DNA of 24,000 nucleotides from an uncultured Nitrospiraceae bacterium (GCA_964345225.1 CAYFQB010000053.1:238572-262571); one strand, 5' to 3'. Counted from the first letter of the stretch, positions 7,355-15,838 are shown. The notes: generated from the sequence alone by a model not told the origin. Made by a program: numbers and translations.

Positions 7355-7374
7355 AGGATTACTTAGGATTACTT
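7355..7374 (+). promoter_or_regulatory. Exact 10-bp tandem direct repeat aggattactt x2, a candidate protein-binding site
   Basis: aggattactt occurs at 7355-7364 and again at 7365-7374, 12 nt upstream of the ATG at 7387. A second direct repeat, tttcttca, lies at 7311-7318 and 7322-7329 with 11-bp spacing. Confidence 0.3.
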
Positions 7375-7386
7375 AAAGAGGTTTGA

Positions 7387-7701
7387 ATGTACAAGGCAAC
7401 GATAATATTGACTTTATTCTTTTTGCTGGCGATTGCCTTAAGTGCATATTCTGATGAAAAAAATGTTACGCCATACGGAGATTACTGTAAAGGCTGCAGT
7501 TCATATGGTACATGCAGGAATGTCCTGTCTCCCAAAAAAGCATTAAATTTGCTGAATGGATATTATGAAGAGAAAGGTTACAGTGTCAGAAAAGCACATC
7601 ACGTAGGGAGGTTTATAGAGGCCGATATATATAAACATGACAAACAGGTAGATAAAGTGATTTTTGACAGAAAAACTGGGAGGCTCAGGTCTGCTTATTG
7701 A
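7387..7701 (+). CDS. Small exported protein, PepSY-like C-terminal half (hypothetical)
   Basis: 104-aa ORF with RBS aaagagg and signal peptide MYKATIILTLFFLLAIALSAYS. It has a CxxCxxxxxC motif, and the C-terminal ...GRFIEADIYKHDKQVDKVIFDRKTGRL resembles a PepSY fold pattern. Confidence 0.55.
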   Translation: MYKATIILTLFFLLAIALSAYSDEKNVTPYGDYCKGCSSYGTCRNVLSPKKALNLLNGYYEEKGYSVRKAHHVGRFIEADIYKHDKQVDKVIFDRKTGRLRSAY

Positions 7702-7734
7702 AGATTTATATATAGAAAGTTTGAATATAAAAAA

Positions 7735-7761
7735 AGCTCCCCGGTCAATTCCCGGGGAGCT
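7735..7761. terminator. Bidirectional rho-independent terminator
   Basis: aaaaaa-gctccccgg-tcaatt-ccggggagc-tttttt. A 9-bp GC-rich stem is flanked by an A-run and a T-run, between the convergent genes ending at 7701 (+) and 7771 (-). Confidence 0.85.
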
Positions 7762-7770
7762 TTTTTAGTA

Positions 7771-9183
7771 CTAAATGTCATAATAGAGGAAAAACTCGTA
7801 TGGATGCGGTCTAACTCTCAGGGCATCCACATCCCTTAACCTCTTATAATTTATCCAGGTCTCGATCACATCAACTGTGAAGACATCACCCTTTAACAGG
7901 AATTCATTGTCAGTTTCAAGGCTGTCAAGTGCTTCCTCAAGGCTTGCAGGTAAAGCAGGTACCGAGGCAAGCTCCTCAGGTCCAAGTTCATAAATGTCCT
8001 TATCAAGAGGTTCACCTGGATGAATCTTGTTTTCTATCCCATCAAGCCCTGCCATTAACATAGCAGCAAATGCAAGGTACGGGTTACAGGAAGGGTCAGG
8101 GAATCTCACCTCTATCCTCTTTGTCTTTGGATTTGCTGAGTACATTGGAATCCGGATCCCGGCAGAACGGTTGCGGCCTGAATAGGCAAGGTTTACCGGT
8201 GCCTCAAACCCTGGTGTTAGACGCTTGTAGGAATTGGTAGTCGGACTTGTAATAGCAGCAAGTGCAGGTGCATGTTTCAGTATTCCGCCAACGTAGTAAA
8301 GTGCAAGCTCGCTCAGGCCTGCGTAACCGTTACCTGCAAAAAGTGGCTTGCCATCTTCCCAGAGGCTCTGATGGGTATGCATTCCTGAACCGTTGTCACC
8401 AAATATGGGTTTTGGCATAAATGTAACCGTCTTTCCGTGTTTTCTCGCCACATTTTTCAGAATGTATTTGAATACCATGATCTGGTCTGCCATCTGCAGA
8501 AGAGGGGCATACCTCATATCTATTTCACCCTGACCGGCAGTTGCAACCTCATGGTGCTGCTTCTCAACATATATGCCGCACTTCTGCATCTCAATGACTA
8601 CTTCATTTCTCATGTCTTCCAAACTGTCAGTTGGTGGTACAGGGAAATAACCTTCCTTATGCCTCGGCCTGTATCCGAGGTTTGGATTCTCTTCCCTGCC
8701 TGAATTCCAAATCCCCTCTTTTGAATCAACAAAATAATAACCACTATTGGCAGTCTGGTCGAAACGAATATCGTCAAAAACAAAAAATTCAGGCTCAGGG
8801 CCAAAAAAGGCTGTATCTGCAATTTTTATGGATTTCATATAATTTTCAGCCTTCTGTGCAATATATCTTGGGTCCTTCGAGTAAAATTCTTTAGTAATGG
8901 GATCAACAATATTACATGTAAGGCTCAGGGTTGAATATTCCCTGAAAGGATCCATAAACGCTGTTAAAGGATCAGGGATTATCAGCATGTCCGATGTATG
9001 TATTGCCTTCCAACCTCTTATAGACGAACCGTCAAAGCCAAGTCCTTCCTCAAAAACCTCCTCTCTAAGTTCATCCACTGGCACCGAGAAGTGCTGCCAG
9101 ATGCCAGGCAGGTCAAGGAACTTAAAATCAACGATTATTGCCTTGTTTTCCTGTGCAAACTTGATTACATCTTTAGGTGTCAT
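7771..9183 (-). CDS. glnA: Glutamine synthetase, type I
   Basis: 470-aa ORF with RBS ggagga. GS-I blocks are present throughout ([57 protein letters not shown]). Confidence 0.95.
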   Translation of the reverse strand: MTPKDVIKFAQENKAIIVDFKFLDLPGIWQHFSVPVDELREEVFEEGLGFDGSSIRGWKAIHTSDMLIIPDPLTAFMDPFREYSTLSLTCNIVDPITKEFYSKDPRYIAQKAENYMKSIKIADTAFFGPEPEFFVFDDIRFDQTANSGYYFVDSKEGIWNSGREENPNLGYRPRHKEGYFPVPPTDSLEDMRNEVVIEMQKCGIYVEKQHHEVATAGQGEIDMRYAPLLQMADQIMVFKYILKNVARKHGKTVTFMPKPIFGDNGSGMHTHQSLWEDGKPLFAGNGYAGLSELALYYVGGILKHAPALAAITSPTTNSYKRLTPGFEAPVNLAYSGRNRSAGIRIPMYSANPKTKRIEVRFPDPSCNPYLAFAAMLMAGLDGIENKIHPGEPLDKDIYELGPEELASVPALPASLEEALDSLETDNEFLLKGDVFTVDVIETWINYKRLRDVDALRVRPHPYEFFLYYDI

Positions 9184-9210
9184 CTCATCCTCCTCTAAGT
9201 AATTTTATAA

Positions 9211-9375
9211 GGTTACGTCTAACGGTTACGGTAACGACGCCCGTTTACTCATCGCATGGCGCATGGCGCTCGGCGCAAAGAAAATTGAAGATTGAAAATT
9301 GAATATTGAAAATTAGATATTAAATCTTCATTCTTCATTCTGCTTACTCCTTACTTCCTACTTTTTAATTCTCAC
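9211..9375 (-). repeat. Mosaic short-tandem-repeat intergenic element, locus B (inverted copy of locus A)
   Basis: The reverse complement of 9211-9347 aligns with 2446-2582 over 137 bp with about 8 mismatches by hand alignment. 9348-9375 continues with tccttac / ttcctac units. It lies between glnB and glnA. Confidence 0.9.
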
Positions 9376-9387
9376 TTTATACTGGTT

Positions 9388-9747
<360 letters not shown>

Positions 9748-9756
9748 CTATATACA

Positions 9757-9870
9757 CCTTACTCCTTACAAATCGCATAGCGCAAAGCGCTTGGCGCATA
9801 GCGTTATTTTTTACTCCTAACTCCTCACTTTTTACTTCTTACTTCTTGCCTTTACCCGCCTCAGGCGGGT
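9757..9870 (-). repeat. Mosaic short-tandem-repeat element, locus D, plus GC hairpin, in the glnB upstream region
   Basis: Contains ccttactccttac; cgcatagcg...cgcatagcg flanking aaagcgctt; and ttactcctaactcctcactttttacttcttacttctt. A 7-bp hairpin acccgcc-tca-ggcgggt follows at 9854-9870. The word set matches loci A, B and C. Confidence 0.75.
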
Positions 9871-9900
9871 TAACCTGTACCTATATCTATGTACTTTTAT

Positions 9901-9916
9901 TACAAGAACCTTGCCA
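9901..9916 (-). promoter_or_regulatory. Candidate sigma-54 (-24/-12) promoter upstream of glnB
   Basis: The minus strand reads cTGGCAaggttcTTGTA. GG and the TTG are correctly spaced versus the TGGCAC-N5-TTGCW consensus, but -12 is GT rather than GC. It lies about 175 nt upstream of the glnB start. Confidence 0.3.
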
Positions 9917-10014
9917 GCTAAATTCCTTTTAAAATCAAAGGTATTTTGTTTACTTGAAGGTATAAACTGCCTAATTCCCAAGCATACATGCCTAAAAAAT
10001 AGGCAATCAATTAA

Positions 10015-10047
10015 GAAAAAATAAAAAGTCCCTGTGTATAAGGGACT
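10015..10047 (-). terminator. Rho-independent terminator of the 10077-10460 gene
   Basis: On the minus strand agtccct-tatacac-agggact is followed by tttttatttttt, about 30 nt after the stop. Confidence 0.65.
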
Positions 10048-10076
10048 CTTTAAGCAGGTATGGGTTGTGAATTATA

Positions 10077-10460
10077 TTATTGTTGCTTGACGTCGTCTTC
10101 GGGTCTTTCAGCTTTCTTTTGGTTTGATTCCTTGTTATTCTTTTTCTTGCCTACAAGATAAGACTCGCTTGGCCTCCACCCAAAGGATGCACTGCTTTTG
10201 GTTAAACTGAAAACTCCACCGCCAATCTTCTGAACTGTCATCTTTAGTAACATTGCGATACCTATAAATGGAAGAAAAGCAGCATACAGTAAACCGAGAA
10301 TCGGCCCTAAAATTAGAATTCCTGTTGCTGGAAGCCTGAAATATACAGTTTTTCTATCTCCCGGAAGTACTCCTTCATTGGAAATGTCCACCCTCTCACC
10401 TGTGGTGAAATTCCAGTATGTGCCTTTATTTACTTTATGTCCTCCTTTATACCTTAACAT
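10077..10460 (-). CDS. Hypothetical small membrane protein
   Basis: 127-aa ORF with a purine-rich leader and RBS aaaggaggg. It has a soluble N-terminus (YKGGHKVNKGTYWNFTTGERV), a hydrophobic stretch that could form two TM helices (ATGILILGPILGLLYAAFLPFIGIAMLL) and a lysine-rich tail. I do not recognise the family. Confidence 0.55.
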   Translation of the reverse strand: MLRYKGGHKVNKGTYWNFTTGERVDISNEGVLPGDRKTVYFRLPATGILILGPILGLLYAAFLPFIGIAMLLKMTVQKIGGGVFSLTKSSASFGWRPSESYLVGKKKNNKESNQKKAERPEDDVKQQ

Positions 10461-10628
10461 TGTCTTTCCCTCCTTTCTCGTCCCCTCGTTTCCTCTTTCC
10501 TGATTATAGATTATACAAAATAAGAATCTTTAACAATTGGAGGAATTTCCTATTTAAACAGGAATTTGTTCTTAATATAACTTGAGAAAACTTTAATTAG
10601 ACCATAAAGAACAGATATATCTATATTT

Positions 10629-10662
10629 CTAACCCAAAAAATGCGTTTGAAGCATGTATACA
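10629..10662. repeat. Solo copy of the left end of the 14199-14340 element
   Basis: ctaacccaaaaaatgcgtttgaagcatgtataca compares with ctaacccccaaaatgcgtttaaagcaggtataca at 14199-14232. I found no matching right end nearby. Confidence 0.6.
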
Positions 10663-10708
10663 AGCAGTCTACGACTCTTAGATAATGTGCCTTAGTACCA
10701 TAAAAAGT

Positions 10709-11806
10709 CTATACAAGAAGGTGTAAATTACCTATCTTTACTTTTTTCAGACCTTCTTTCAAGGCAGCATCAAGACATCTCTGGGCAAGAGCCTTTGAAG
10801 TCAGTGGCATATCAGACATGAGAAAATGGGGATAAAATGCAAGCAGGGTGTATGGTATATCAGGATTTATTGAAGCAATAAACTTTGCGATACTACTTAT
10901 CTCATCTTCATCAATATAACCAGGGACGATCAGGGTGCTTGCAATAAGAAGGGGCGGGACAGGCCTTGATTTGACAGTATCACCTACCCTTGAGAAATTC
11001 TCAATAGTTCTCCTATTCGTAGTCCCCGTGAGTATAATATGCAGATTTTCATCCCATGCCTTCAGATCAAATTTTATACAACCACCGGACCCTGCTGCAA
11101 TTTCTATCATCTTATCAAGTAAGCCCTTATGCATGGATCCATTCGTCTCCCAGCATATTCTAAGTATTCTCCCCTTGTTTGCTTCAATTGCAGTCCTTGA
11201 GGCATTAAGTGAAAAAGGAAGCTGAGGTGTGGGGTCACCTCCGAAATAGCAGATACAAGATGTCTTTTTATCAACGTATGAAACGAGCTCATTCATGGAA
11301 GCTGTTTGAGAACCGAGGGTATGTTGCCTGAAATGCCAGTTCTGACAATAAAGGCAATTAAATGAACATGCATGGAAGAACACAGCAAGATTCTTGTATC
11401 CATACTCAGGTCCTGAACGGCATGCATATTCTGGAAAGCCTGCTCCTGTCCCTCCAGGGCATACCCAGTCTCCGACACAGTTTGTTGGAAGTGGATCATG
11501 ATACCATGAGAGTTTTCCTTCTCTGGGTGTTACTCCTTTGAGCCTCCCTTTTTCATTGAGCCTTGATCCACAATATCCTAATCCATTTTCAGGAATCCTG
11601 CACTCATTTACACATACCTTACATGGAACTCCTTCGGGATCCTTTGGAGGCCTTTCTGGCAGGCCGAAGCTGGCTCTGATCTTGGAATGGGCCTTCATAG
11701 CAAAGGGCAGTGCATCATACGGTCTCTCCCTTATGCATTTGAGGCACACCCCTAGTTCTTTTGAAATTTGCATTGATGTATCATGGCATAATGTGCACTG
11801 AGCCAT
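10709..11806 (-). CDS. Radical SAM enzyme, PflA/AmrS-like (COG1180-type), with extra N-terminal Cys-rich segment
   Basis: 365-aa ORF. The CxxxCxxC motif is in FHACSFNCLYCQNWHF. The upstream CKVCVNECRIPENGLGYCGSRLNEKGRL resembles the AmmeMemoRadiSam-type N-terminal region. An additional CTLC...CLKC lies at the extreme N-terminus. Confidence 0.85.
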   Translation of the reverse strand: MAQCTLCHDTSMQISKELGVCLKCIRERPYDALPFAMKAHSKIRASFGLPERPPKDPEGVPCKVCVNECRIPENGLGYCGSRLNEKGRLKGVTPREGKLSWYHDPLPTNCVGDWVCPGGTGAGFPEYACRSGPEYGYKNLAVFFHACSFNCLYCQNWHFRQHTLGSQTASMNELVSYVDKKTSCICYFGGDPTPQLPFSLNASRTAIEANKGRILRICWETNGSMHKGLLDKMIEIAAGSGGCIKFDLKAWDENLHIILTGTTNRRTIENFSRVGDTVKSRPVPPLLIASTLIVPGYIDEDEISSIAKFIASINPDIPYTLLAFYPHFLMSDMPLTSKALAQRCLDAALKEGLKKVKIGNLHLLV

Positions 11807-12049
11807 TATCTTTTCCGGACTTCCATAGTGTCAAATCACCATATTATGGTCTTATATTATTTATTATTTTTTAACTTTATTCATAATAATGTCAAAAATA
11901 ATAATGTACCGGGTTTTGTCAAATTACTGGAAACCGAATATTTCCAAAAAAGTTATTTTGTTAAATATAACCTTTTAAAAAATAACTGGCAAAAATCAAC
12001 ATGTTGCATGACAAGTGGAATTTATGCACTCTGGAGTATACAATAAACA

Positions 12050-14197
12050 ATGCTCATAGAACTTCAGGGACAGTTAGAGCACATTACATATTTTAACGCG
12101 GAAAATCATTATACAATCGCCAAAATAAAAGTAGAGGGCAAAAAAGAGCTGGTTACCGTAATCGGTAATCTTTTTTCTGTATCCCCCGGAGAGGTACTAA
12201 AGCTGAAAGGATTATGGGAAATCCATCCTAAATATGGTGAACAGTTCAAGGTACTCTCTTATGAACCAATCCCGCCCGTTACTGAAAAAGGAATTGAAAG
12301 GTATTTAGGTTCAGGCCTGATTAAAGGTATCGGGCCTGTCATGGCAAAGCGTCTTGTAGATAAATTCAAGGGTGAAACACTAAATATAATAGAGACAGAC
12401 ATTGAGAGACTGAAAGAAGTCGAGGGTTTCGGCCATAAAAGGATCCAGATGATCAAGACCGCATGGGCAGAACAGAAAGAAATTCGTGATGTAATGATCT
12501 TTCTTCAAAGCCACGAGGTCAGTTCTAGTTATGCAGCGAAAATTTTCAAACACTATGGTAAAGATTCAATAAGAATTGTTAAAGAAAATCCTTACAAACT
12601 TGCCACCGATATATTCGGAATCGGATTCCATACCGCTGATAAAATATCCGAAAAGCTCGGTATCCCCAGGGACTCGCAGATAAGAGCTGAGGCAGGCATA
12701 CTGTATGTTCTACGACAGCTTGCTGATGATGGACATGTATTTTATCCATACGAATCTCTTATTTCAGAATGCAGAAAGATTCTTGATATCGAAGAGCATA
12801 TTATCGCCAGTGCATTAAAAAAAATTTCCTCAGAAAAAAGGGTTGTAATCGAAGATCGTTCGGTCTTTCTTGCTGAACTCTATATCTCAGAAGTCGGCAT
12901 CGCCGGTAATCTTATGACGATTTTCAATACTCTGAAAAACCTCAGGCATTTTGATAAATACAAAGCTGTTGAATGGGCACAGCATGAACTGAACATTGCA
13001 CTCGCCAATGACCAGATTAAAGCAATAAATGAATCCATAGTTAAGAAAGTGATGGTAATAACAGGTGGCCCTGGTACGGGCAAAACCACTATCATCAATG
13101 CAATAATCAAAATCTACAAAAGACTGGGACAGAAAGTAATGCTTGCTGCACCGACCGGAAGGGCATCTAAAAGAATGTCTGAGGCTACAGGTCATGAGGC
13201 AAAGACAATCCACCGCTTGCTGGAGTACAGCCCAAAACAGGGTGGTTTTAAGAAGAACGAGGGAGACAAACTTGAAGCAGATTTAATAGTAATAGATGAG
13301 GCATCAATGGTAGATACAATACTTATGCATCATCTCCTGAAGGCGGTACCTTCTGCAGCAACACTGATCCTTGTTGGTGATGTTGATCAACTGCCTTCTG
13401 TAGGAGCCGGAAATGTGCTTAAGGATATTATAGATTCTGGTGTTATACCTACTGTCAGGCTTAATAAAATATTCAGGCAGTCCAGAGAAAGTCTGATTAT
13501 CGTCAATGCTCATAGAATAAATAAAGGTGAATTTCCGATCATTACATCAGACAAAAACTTGCATCAGGACTTCTATTTCATTCAGATTGAGGAACCTGAA
13601 AAGGTATTTGAGATGATAATAAAGATGTGCAATGAAAGTATCCCCAGGAAATTCGGCTACCACCCTGTTAACGATATTCAGGTATTAACCCCGATGTACA
13701 GGGGGATTGCAGGTGCATCTAATCTTAATCACGAATTACAGAGACAACTGAACCATTCAACTGATGAACTGATCAGAGAGGGGAAGGTACTGAAGACCGG
13801 TGATAAGGTAATGCAGATAAGAAACAACTATGATAAAGATGTCTATAACGGCGATATCGGGAGGATTTCTGTAATCAATAGAGCAAACAATGAGGTGACT
13901 GTTGACTACGAGGGGAGACCTGTTGTTTATGATTTTACAGATCTCGACGAAATAGTGCTGGCCTATGCGGTCTCTGTTCATAAATCACAGGGCAGCGAAT
14001 ATCCTGTTGTTATAATGCCATTATTGACACAGCACTATATGTTACTGCAGAGGAACCTGCTTTACACCGCTATCACCAGAGGGAAAAGGTTGGTTGTAAT
14101 TATAGGTACAAATAAAGCACTGGCAATCGCAGTAAAGAATAATAAGCCTGAGAAGAGATTTACAAATTTAAAGAACAGGCTTAAAACTGTTTATTAG
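12050..14197 (+). CDS. recD2: RecD2-type (RecD/TraA family) ATP-dependent DNA helicase
   Basis: 715-aa ORF. It has an N-terminal OB/HhH region (GLIKGIGPVMAKRLV, EVEGFGHKR), Walker A ITGGPGTGKTT, LAAPTGRASKRM, Walker B LIVIDEASMVD, LVGDVDQLPSVGAGNV and the C-terminal YAVSVHKSQGSEYP...LLYTAITRGK. Confidence 0.9.
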   Translation: MLIELQGQLEHITYFNAENHYTIAKIKVEGKKELVTVIGNLFSVSPGEVLKLKGLWEIHPKYGEQFKVLSYEPIPPVTEKGIERYLGSGLIKGIGPVMAKRLVDKFKGETLNIIETDIERLKEVEGFGHKRIQMIKTAWAEQKEIRDVMIFLQSHEVSSSYAAKIFKHYGKDSIRIVKENPYKLATDIFGIGFHTADKISEKLGIPRDSQIRAEAGILYVLRQLADDGHVFYPYESLISECRKILDIEEHIIASALKKISSEKRVVIEDRSVFLAELYISEVGIAGNLMTIFNTLKNLRHFDKYKAVEWAQHELNIALANDQIKAINESIVKKVMVITGGPGTGKTTIINAIIKIYKRLGQKVMLAAPTGRASKRMSEATGHEAKTIHRLLEYSPKQGGFKKNEGDKLEADLIVIDEASMVDTILMHHLLKAVPSAATLILVGDVDQLPSVGAGNVLKDIIDSGVIPTVRLNKIFRQSRESLIIVNAHRINKGEFPIITSDKNLHQDFYFIQIEEPEKVFEMIIKMCNESIPRKFGYHPVNDIQVLTPMYRGIAGASNLNHELQRQLNHSTDELIREGKVLKTGDKVMQIRNNYDKDVYNGDIGRISVINRANNEVTVDYEGRPVVYDFTDLDEIVLAYAVSVHKSQGSEYPVVIMPLLTQHYMLLQRNLLYTAITRGKRLVVIIGTNKALAIAVKNNKPEKRFTNLKNRLKTVY

Positions 14198-14198
14198 G

Positions 14199-14340
14199 CT
14201 AACCCCCAAAATGCGTTTAAAGCAGGTATACATGTTGTGTAGTTGGGCATGTTTCTTGAACGGACATAGGGAGCGAAAGGGTTATGTCCAACTACATAAT
14301 TTACCAATTCTTTTTATACTGAAAAGCATTTTTGGGTTAA
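14199..14340. mobile_element. MITE-like 142-bp structured element with imperfect terminal inverted repeats
   Basis: The ends ctaacccccaaaatgcgttt and aaaagcatttttgggttaa are complementary at about 16 of 19 positions. Internal inverted repeats are tgtgtagttgg / ccaactacata (14236-46 / 14288-98) and ggacata / tatgtcc (14262-68 / 14283-89). TA dinucleotides lie on both sides (14200-01 and 14338-39). The element fills the gap between the recD2 stop and the hgcB stop. Confidence 0.55.
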
Positions 14341-14636
14341 CAGCAGTTGTTGCTGTTCTTATCGGTACAGCAGTCGTCGCAAGATGGTTCGCCGCCGGTT
14401 ATCTTGCTTGTAATAAGTGCATAGGCACAGCCTACGCCTGAGTCAACCTTTATTGCACCGGATTCACAGTTATTGGCACATGCACCGCATTCCATACATA
14501 AATTTCTGTCTGTAATGACTGCCTTTTTATCATTCATCTCAAAGACTCCACGCGGGCAAACCTCAATGCATCTCCAACAACCCGTACATTCTTCCGGAGA
14601 AAATTCAATGCTTGCAACATCTAACAGGTATTTCAT
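14337..14636 (-). CDS. hgcB: Mercury methylation ferredoxin HgcB (2x[4Fe-4S])
   Basis: 99 aa from MKYLLDV. Two CxxCxxCxxxC motifs (CTGCWRCIEVCP, CMECGACANNCE), an extra Cys in GVGCAYA and a C-terminal vicinal Cys pair (...CDDCC...NNCC-stop). The ATG overlaps the hgcA stop (ATGA). The longer 152-aa track ORF is rejected as an upstream extension. Confidence 0.85.
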   Translation of the reverse strand: MKYLLDVASIEFSPEECTGCWRCIEVCPRGVFEMNDKKAVITDRNLCMECGACANNCESGAIKVDSGVGCAYALITSKITGGEPSCDDCCTDKNSNNCC

Positions 14637-15838
14637 ACAATCCCCCATTGACCGAGTTTGTATGCGATCATTAAGAGTACAGATAATACAGCGGATGATA
14701 TATAAACCGGCATTGCAAATTTTAGTTCTTTTTTTACACCTGACATGCTTGTAAATGTTGTTGATCCTGTAAACTGCAAAGCAATATAAGAACATGCCAG
14801 TGGAAAGAATATATAGGTAAAAACGAGTAGAATCATACTCGTTTGATCAAGAATTCCGGCAAAGTGCTGCAAGAGAAATACAACAAATAATCCTGTTATC
14901 CAGCCCTTTACTGCAAAGGACCGGGATGGTATAAATGGAAGCAGCACCGGCGTTACAAAAGCTCCTGCAAAAACGGTTATTAGCCCTAAAATAAGAAATG
15001 GCAGCCCTCCTGACCAGGCATCACTGAATAAAATACCCAATGGCTGAATACCGAATAATATTAATACGATTAAAGCGTATATTAAAAACTTCTTCATGAC
15101 AGGATTAATCTCCATTGGAGTTAGCACAAGCCTGTCCAGAATACCAAACTTGATGAGCCTCATTTCCCTTGCTGCTTTGTATCCGGCTTCAAGATAAGCC
15201 GGTATATTCCTTGCGTATACAGGTCCGAAATAGACCTTGAAGCCTGTATTCTGCTTTACTGCCATGGCGTTAACTCCAGTAGCTCCAAGCTGAGGGACAA
15301 CAATCCTCTTGTGATTAACTAGTCTTTCAAGCTGTACCTCAAAAATCCGTCTTATCAGTTCATTTGTTCCAAAAGTGCCCTTCCCTGCAGCACACCATAC
15401 ATTAATGCCCTCGGTATCCAGCACGAGTATCCATGCACTCAGTCCCCTTAATGAGCGCCTGAGCATATCAAAGCTGAGCTTGTAATTGGCACTTACTAAT
15501 ACATCGGATTTCTGATCCGGCTTACCAACCGCATAAAGGCCGGGTTGAACACTATATTTCATCCGGAACTGGCTGATCCTGCATTTAATCTGCCCAAGGT
15601 GATCCGCCCATGTCCATTCAGTAGTTACCCTGAAAACATTTCCTACAGGTGTTCTCAAGGTGCCACAGACCCATTCAGGCCAGTTGCTAAGCCCTTCATC
15701 AGGATGGCCCTCTTTTTCGCTTACAATCTTAGTTGTACCAGATTCTACAAATGTAACGGTAGGGCGACAGGGGTTTCCTGACTTTATAAAGTTTTTCCCT
15801 TCTACATTCGGTAGTTTTATGAATCTTAATTCACTCAT
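14633..15838 (-). CDS. hgcA: Mercury methylation corrinoid protein HgcA
   Basis: 401-aa ORF containing the diagnostic cap-helix motif GINVWCAAGKGTFGT within ...ANYKLSFDMLRRSLRGLSAWILVLDTEGINVWCAAGKG.... The N-terminal half resembles a corrinoid-binding (CFeSP-like) domain. The C-terminal ~160 aa are strongly hydrophobic, with about five TM helices by eye. The gene is followed by translationally coupled hgcB. Confidence 0.9.
   Translation of the reverse strand: MSELRFIKLPNVEGKNFIKSGNPCRPTVTFVESGTTKIVSEKEGHPDEGLSNWPEWVCGTLRTPVGNVFRVTTEWTWADHLGQIKCRISQFRMKYSVQPGLYAVGKPDQKSDVLVSANYKLSFDMLRRSLRGLSAWILVLDTEGINVWCAAGKGTFGTNELIRRIFEVQLERLVNHKRIVVPQLGATGVNAMAVKQNTGFKVYFGPVYARNIPAYLEAGYKAAREMRLIKFGILDRLVLTPMEINPVMKKFLIYALIVLILFGIQPLGILFSDAWSGGLPFLILGLITVFAGAFVTPVLLPFIPSRSFAVKGWITGLFVVFLLQHFAGILDQTSMILLVFTYIFFPLACSYIALQFTGSTTFTSMSGVKKELKFAMPVYISSAVLSVLLMIAYKLGQWGIV

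Noticed and set aside
11828-12046. 72-aa ORF in the rSAM-recD2 divergent intergenic region
   Set aside because: It has a GTG start in a very AT-rich promoter-like region. The peptide is low-complexity and Asn/Lys/Phe-rich, with no RBS. This is most likely non-coding promoter DNA for the two divergent genes.
10709-14197. Radical SAM plus RecD-like helicase as a phage-defence pair
   Set aside because: The genes are divergent with separate promoters. The rSAM resembles the AmrS/PflA type rather than viperin-like enzymes, and RecD2 has all housekeeping helicase motifs. No nuclease, methylase or other defence hallmark is adjacent. There is no sequence support for a defence call.
14474-14489. TGGCACatgcaCCGCA as a sigma-54 promoter
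   Set aside because: It lies inside the hgcB coding region on the antisense strand, the -12 element is CCGC rather than TTGC, and there is no downstream gene to serve.
14637-14795. The N-terminal 53 codons of the 152-aa track ORF (14337..14795, minus strand) as part of hgcB
   Set aside because: This stretch lies entirely inside the hgcA reading frame region and is Cys/Ile/Arg-rich junk-like (MFLYCFAVYRINNIYKHVRCKK...). The internal ATG at 14636 gives a 99-aa ferredoxin of typical HgcB size, and it overlaps the hgcA stop as ATGA.
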